A stretch of 64,000 bases of DNA from a virus (taxonomy: Duplodnaviria; Caudoviricetes). Below the pieces are notes generated by a model. That model worked only from the letters and a program-made list of their open reading frames with translations, was not told the origin of the DNA and did not search any database. Positions 60,022 to 64,000 of the stretch are shown piece after piece. Position numbers and translations under genes: made by a program. The first letter of the stretch is position 1; the number at the start of each line of letters is the position of its first letter. Location of the stretch: positions 136,727 to 200,726 of IMG/VR virus record IMGVR_UViG_3300014208_000002; one strand, 5' to 3'.

Positions 60022-61155
60022 ATGCGAATAATTAAACACTTTTATGAAAAGAATCTAACTGTTCCTGAAGCTATGGCTATATTTGGAATAACTGGATCAG
60101 TAGATGAAGAAGAACTAAAAAAGATATACAAAAAACTCTCTTTTGCCAATCACCCGGATCACGGCGGGTCTACTGATAAAATGCAAGACATAAATCAAGC
60201 TTATGATTTATTGAAAAAGAATGTAGGAAATACCTCCTCTACTAAAACCTATACTTACACCGATGCTGACCGAGCGGCAGACAAAAAGAAAGCAGAAGCC
60301 GCTTATGAACGAAAAAAGAAAATGTTCGAGGAAGATTATGACCAAGAGAAAATGAAAGATTACCTCCAACAATTTATGCAAGAGCCGCTTATTGCTGAAC
60401 CATTGGTTTTTCCTAAAGGCTATTATAATGATAATTTTACTGCCTACTCTAAAATTCACACAAGTGATAATAAGACTTACTTTGAGATATATTTTTCTGT
60501 AGAAGAAACCAATAAAGGTGGTCTATCCTATACTGGCATAGATGAAAAAGACATTCTATTTTCTGTAAGTACCTCTACAAGTATCTATCATGCGGCACGA
60601 AGCTTTAAGATAGGACAAAGTAGATATAATTGGCAAGCAGGGCGAAAGTCTCTTCTTGACCCTAAAGAGATATTCCCTCCTGTAAAAATTAAGAAGATAT
60701 TATCCGGGGAGAAAAAGAAACTATTCCGCCGTGCTGATATGGAATTGGGCATGAAAAGAGAACTACCCTATGTTAATTTTGATAAAGATATTTACTTTAT
60801 ATACCCCTTTGGAAAAGATGAAAGGTTCTATTTTAATTTAGGAAGATTGACTATGCCTAATTTTGGGGCCAGAAGTAATGCTCCTAGCGCACGAGTTTCT
60901 TATTATACCTTCGGGACAGCGCATTTTATTGACGCTAATACCCAAAAATATAGTAATGCCCGAACACAAATTGCTCCTGATTATGCCTATTCTTTTTTAG
61001 AAACAGAGGAGGGACTTGAAAAACTGGTAGATATGGTAAAAGAAGTTGTAGATCAAGTTAAAAAGCAAAAGTTTGATATTAAGAATGATGGTTTAAAAAT
61101 AGTTGAACTATTCAAAAACGCCATATTCAAGTATTTCCCGAAAGATAAAAAATAA
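60022..61155 (+). CDS. J-domain protein with large unknown C-terminal domain
   Basis: EAMAIFG...LKKIYKKLSFANHPDHGG...INQAYDLL. Confidence 0.8.
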   Translation: MRIIKHFYEKNLTVPEAMAIFGITGSVDEEELKKIYKKLSFANHPDHGGSTDKMQDINQAYDLLKKNVGNTSSTKTYTYTDADRAADKKKAEAAYERKKKMFEEDYDQEKMKDYLQQFMQEPLIAEPLVFPKGYYNDNFTAYSKIHTSDNKTYFEIYFSVEETNKGGLSYTGIDEKDILFSVSTSTSIYHAARSFKIGQSRYNWQAGRKSLLDPKEIFPPVKIKKILSGEKKKLFRRADMELGMKRELPYVNFDKDIYFIYPFGKDERFYFNLGRLTMPNFGARSNAPSARVSYYTFGTAHFIDANTQKYSNARTQIAPDYAYSFLETEEGLEKLVDMVKEVVDQVKKQKFDIKNDGLKIVELFKNAIFKYFPKDKK

Positions 61156-61191
61156 ATAATCTTTACTAATATAGATAGGAGAAAGTAAATA

Positions 61192-62553
61192 ATGAGATAT
61201 CTTCCTAAATTTAACGAAGCCTTCCAAACAGGAATGGCAAATAAGATTATTATAAAACTCGCCCGAATTCTTTCCCGCAAAGTAAAGCGAGAACTTCATG
61301 TAACTGAAGAGCCTATGGCTTATAAAAACGAGTATGGCAAATTCAATGGCTACCCTGTAGGTATTGAGAATTCAAAAAAGCTTATCCGAATAAATTTTGC
61401 CTTACTCAAATCCGATGAAATAGTGTCTGTAGACTTTTATGCAACTAAACTTGCTTTTGCTAAAGGAAAACCTACTTTTACTATTGATACCCTTGATGAA
61501 AATGGTGCGAGTCTAAATATCGTGCAGATAGTAGATTTGATTACTGAAAACCTCTATTCCTTTACAACCGATGATATTGATGAAGGTGAAATTAAAATAA
61601 CCGAGCGAGTAAATAGTGAGGGTCGCTATAAGATGCTTTTTGATGCTTGGCTAAAGGATCATCCAGAGTCTCTTATGAACCTTCAAACGAAAAGAATTGC
61701 GGATAATTATACAGACTTCCTTGCCGCCGATACAACTTATAATCAAGAAGTAAATCTTGCCAATTTTACTAAAATGGCAAAAGAATATTTATTTGGAAGA
61801 GGGCTAACTAATCCAACTTTCAGAAAGAAAAAGAAGGGAAGTCGTGAGCGGGTAATTGTAGATCAGGCAAAAGCCGACCAATTAGAAGATGTTCTTGAAA
61901 ATATGAGTTGGCAGGACAAATTTAGTGCGCTTATTAAGGCCGTCAAAGGAGTAGCCGCTGGAGTCATTCAAGCCCTTGTCTGCTGGGGTGCGCCCGGAAG
62001 TGGAAAGACCCAAACAATTTTAGATGCCTTAGATAAGGAAAAAGTTGATTATCATAAGTTCTCTGGCGGAGTAAAAAATACAGATGAGCTATTTAATATT
62101 CTCGTTAAATATAGCAATAATACTCTTATCGTTTTTGACGACTTTGACGGAATTCTGAAAAATTCTGATAATATCAATATCCTAAAAGCGGCAACTGAAA
62201 ATAAACCTAAACGAGAAATAACATGGAGAGGAAAAGTATTAAATTTTACATCTGGAGTTATTTTTATATCTAATTTACAGAAGTTTGATTCTGCACTAAT
62301 GTCTCGTGCATTACGAGTTCAAATTGACTTATCTAATGAGCAAATGTTAGACAAGATTGAAAAGACACTGAAGGATTTTATGCCTGATACTCCTATAGTA
62401 ATAAAGAGACAAGCTGTTGACTTTATAAAAGAAATTCAGGGCGGTTTAGCTTCAGTAGATTATAGAGAAATTTCTAAAGTTATTATCGCAATACAAATTG
62501 ATCCTAAAGACTGGAAAAAAACAGCTTTATTATTTATCAAGTCAGGAAATTAA
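61192..62553 (+). CDS. AAA+ ATPase with N-terminal extension
   Basis: WGAPGSGKT, VFDDFD, FISN, ALMSR. Confidence 0.8.
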   Translation: MRYLPKFNEAFQTGMANKIIIKLARILSRKVKRELHVTEEPMAYKNEYGKFNGYPVGIENSKKLIRINFALLKSDEIVSVDFYATKLAFAKGKPTFTIDTLDENGASLNIVQIVDLITENLYSFTTDDIDEGEIKITERVNSEGRYKMLFDAWLKDHPESLMNLQTKRIADNYTDFLAADTTYNQEVNLANFTKMAKEYLFGRGLTNPTFRKKKKGSRERVIVDQAKADQLEDVLENMSWQDKFSALIKAVKGVAAGVIQALVCWGAPGSGKTQTILDALDKEKVDYHKFSGGVKNTDELFNILVKYSNNTLIVFDDFDGILKNSDNINILKAATENKPKREITWRGKVLNFTSGVIFISNLQKFDSALMSRALRVQIDLSNEQMLDKIEKTLKDFMPDTPIVIKRQAVDFIKEIQGGLASVDYREISKVIIAIQIDPKDWKKTALLFIKSGN

Positions 62554-63372
62554 ATGATTGGTATATATTGTATTACTAATAAAATAAACGGAAAAAAATA
62601 TATAGGGCAATCTTGGGATATTGAAAGAAGGTGGAAGAGGCATAGAAGTAATGTAAAAAAGCCTAATGATGTTCATTTATATAGTGCTTTTACTAAGTAC
62701 GGAATAGAAAATTTTTCTTTTGAAGTTATTAGGGAAGTAAAAGAAAATGCTATTACACAAATTCTTTTAGATTGCTATGAAGACAAGTACATAAAACAGT
62801 TTGATACTTTAGACCGAAATAAAGGATATAATAAAAGAACTGGTGGAAGTTATGGAAGATTAAGTGAAGAAACAAAATTGAAAATGAGCGAAGCACAGAA
62901 AGGAAATAAAAACTGGTTAGGGCATAAGCATACAGAAGAAACCAAGCTAAAAATATCAGCAGGAAATAAAGGCAAGAATGTTGGAAAAAGTGCCTCAGAA
63001 GAAACAAGAGAAAAAATGAGCGAATCCCAAAAAGGTAGACATCATTCTGAAGAAACAAAAAGAAAAATAGGAGAGTCACATAGGGGTGAAAAAAATTGTA
63101 ATTACGGGAAATCTCTCCCAAAGAAAACTAAACAAAAAATGAGTGAATCAAGAAAAGGAAAAAAACTATCTGAAGAAACAAAGAGAAAATTAGGTAAAAA
63201 AGTGATTTGCTTAGAAACACAGGAAATTTTTAATAGTTTGAGAGATGCAGAAAAAAAATATAATATAGCACACGAAAGCATTTCCGCTTGTTGCAGGGGT
63301 AAGTTAAAGTCGGCTGGAAAATTAGATGGTAAAAAGCTTCATTGGAATTATTCTATAGAAGAAGGAGCATAA
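62554..63372 (+). mobile_element. Free-standing GIY-YIG homing endonuclease with NUMOD3 and NUMOD1
   Basis: MIGIYCITNKINGKKYIGQS...R; HTEETKLK repeats; KKVICLETQEIF. Confidence 0.9.
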
Positions 63373-63981
63373 ATGTGTTCAAAGAATTTCTCAAAATGCT
63401 TTTTGGTAAAATGTTTGGTTTTATTTCTAAGCATAAGTGGACTATTTCCGCCTTCTTTGCTGGCGCAATCCTCGCCGGATTCGGAATCTTCTACTACGCA
63501 AACTCAATCAGTAGCAGAACTATTGAAAGATTACAGGGAGAAATTACTACAATCGGGCGAAGTCTTAAAGAACTTGAGGACAACTATAATAGAGTTGAAC
63601 TTACAAAAAATGAGCTTATTAACACAAATCGACGACTTGTCGAAAGCCTCGGAGAAAGACAAGGAACAATTGAAGCTCTTGAGCGATCAAATAGCAAGCA
63701 ACGAGATATTATTGCAAGCCTTACAGAATCAGATAGACGAAGACAAGATTCAATTAACAAAATTGCAAATGCAGTTGGAACAATTGGACAAGGACTTGAA
63801 AGCGCAGGGGACGATATATCAAAACTTGAACTTCTCTTACAGCAACTTACAGACGGATTTTCAGTTATTGAATCAGTCCTTCAAGATTATGAAAGTTCAG
63901 CAGAAAATCGGTAGTACAGTAATTATTGTTTTGGCAGTAATAGTAGTTGGTGAAACTATTTGGATTATTTATAGGAGGTGA
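63373..63981 (+). CDS. Signal peptide + coiled coil + C-terminal TM protein (spanin-like component)
   Basis: GAAGGAG RBS; hydrophobic N-terminus ending LLA/QS; heptads; C-terminal STVIIVLAVIVVGETIWIIYRR. Confidence 0.7.
   Translation: MCSKNFSKCFLVKCLVLFLSISGLFPPSLLAQSSPDSESSTTQTQSVAELLKDYREKLLQSGEVLKNLRTTIIELNLQKMSLLTQIDDLSKASEKDKEQLKLLSDQIASNEILLQALQNQIDEDKIQLTKLQMQLEQLDKDLKAQGTIYQNLNFSYSNLQTDFQLLNQSFKIMKVQQKIGSTVIIVLAVIVVGETIWIIYRR
63411..63914 (+). CDS. N-terminal TM + coiled-coil protein embedded in another frame (i-spanin-like)
   Basis: WTISAFFAGAILAGFGIFYY followed by a long heptad region; start could be 63396 or 63411. Confidence 0.55.
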   Translation: MFGFISKHKWTISAFFAGAILAGFGIFYYANSISSRTIERLQGEITTIGRSLKELEDNYNRVELTKNELINTNRRLVESLGERQGTIEALERSNSKQRDIIASLTESDRRRQDSINKIANAVGTIGQGLESAGDDISKLELLLQQLTDGFSVIESVLQDYESSAENR

Positions 63982-64000
63982 AATAGATGCAATTGATTAG

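Noticed and set aside
50694-62581. TACTAATA copies at 50694, 55127 and 62574
   Set aside because: They fall inside coding sequence (LLI, TTN and ITN codons) without an adjacent start; treated as chance, although 55127 could serve the 55224 gene
170-63121. The many other short minus-strand and alternate-frame ORFs in the track
   Set aside because: They overlap well-supported + strand genes, lack RBSs and have unnatural composition; only 4984-5268 and the 63411 frame were kept
63373-63420. Lipoprotein (o-spanin/u-spanin) signal in the 63373 protein
   Set aside because: Its Cys residues lie before or at the start of the hydrophobic stretch, and none follows a lipobox
1-64000. Stop-codon reassignment (TAG read-through) as in some large phages
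   Set aside because: Long conserved genes are intact in the standard code, and TAG ends genes right before the next start (e.g. 16540, 43286, 47232, 47424)
1-64000. CRISPR array, rRNA, integrase or transposase
   Set aside because: No regularly spaced repeat-spacer series or recognisable motifs were seen

Overview
This is a 64-kb segment of a large, AT-rich lytic dsDNA phage with a T4-like head module and jumbo-phage organisation. Nearly every real gene is on the + strand, in the standard genetic code. It encodes RecA (window starts inside its intein), an intein-containing class II ribonucleotide reductase (NrdJ), a DnaB helicase with a DnaC-like loader, an Mre11/gp47-like nuclease, three DNA methyltransferases, an RNA ligase and Hsp20. 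The head module comprises terminase, portal, prohead protease-scaffold, major capsid protein and a probable neck protein, and there are four free-standing homing endonucleases. Blocks of small early genes behind consensus sigma70 promoters alternate with late blocks behind a phage-specific TACTAATA motif. Most notable: (1) about 20 unrelated late proteins share a short M-(R/K)-x-(I/L)-(K/R)-E-type N-terminal tag, and five share a ~28-aa LE(K/R)GD module. Together these suggest a modular system for packing protease-matured cargo into the head, including two ADP-ribosyltransferase-like proteins, a SprT protease, a J-domain protein, an AAA ATPase and a kinase. (2) A 104-aa/730-aa paralog pair differs by six inserted ~100-aa repeats. 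(3) A ~500-nt stretch is read in two frames and encodes two membrane-anchored coiled-coil proteins, a spanin-like pair without a lipobox. (4) The late promoter start site can be inferred from leaderless genes and 5'-terminal hairpins. All family assignments come from motifs recognised by eye; no database search was run. No tRNA, rRNA or CRISPR array was found.
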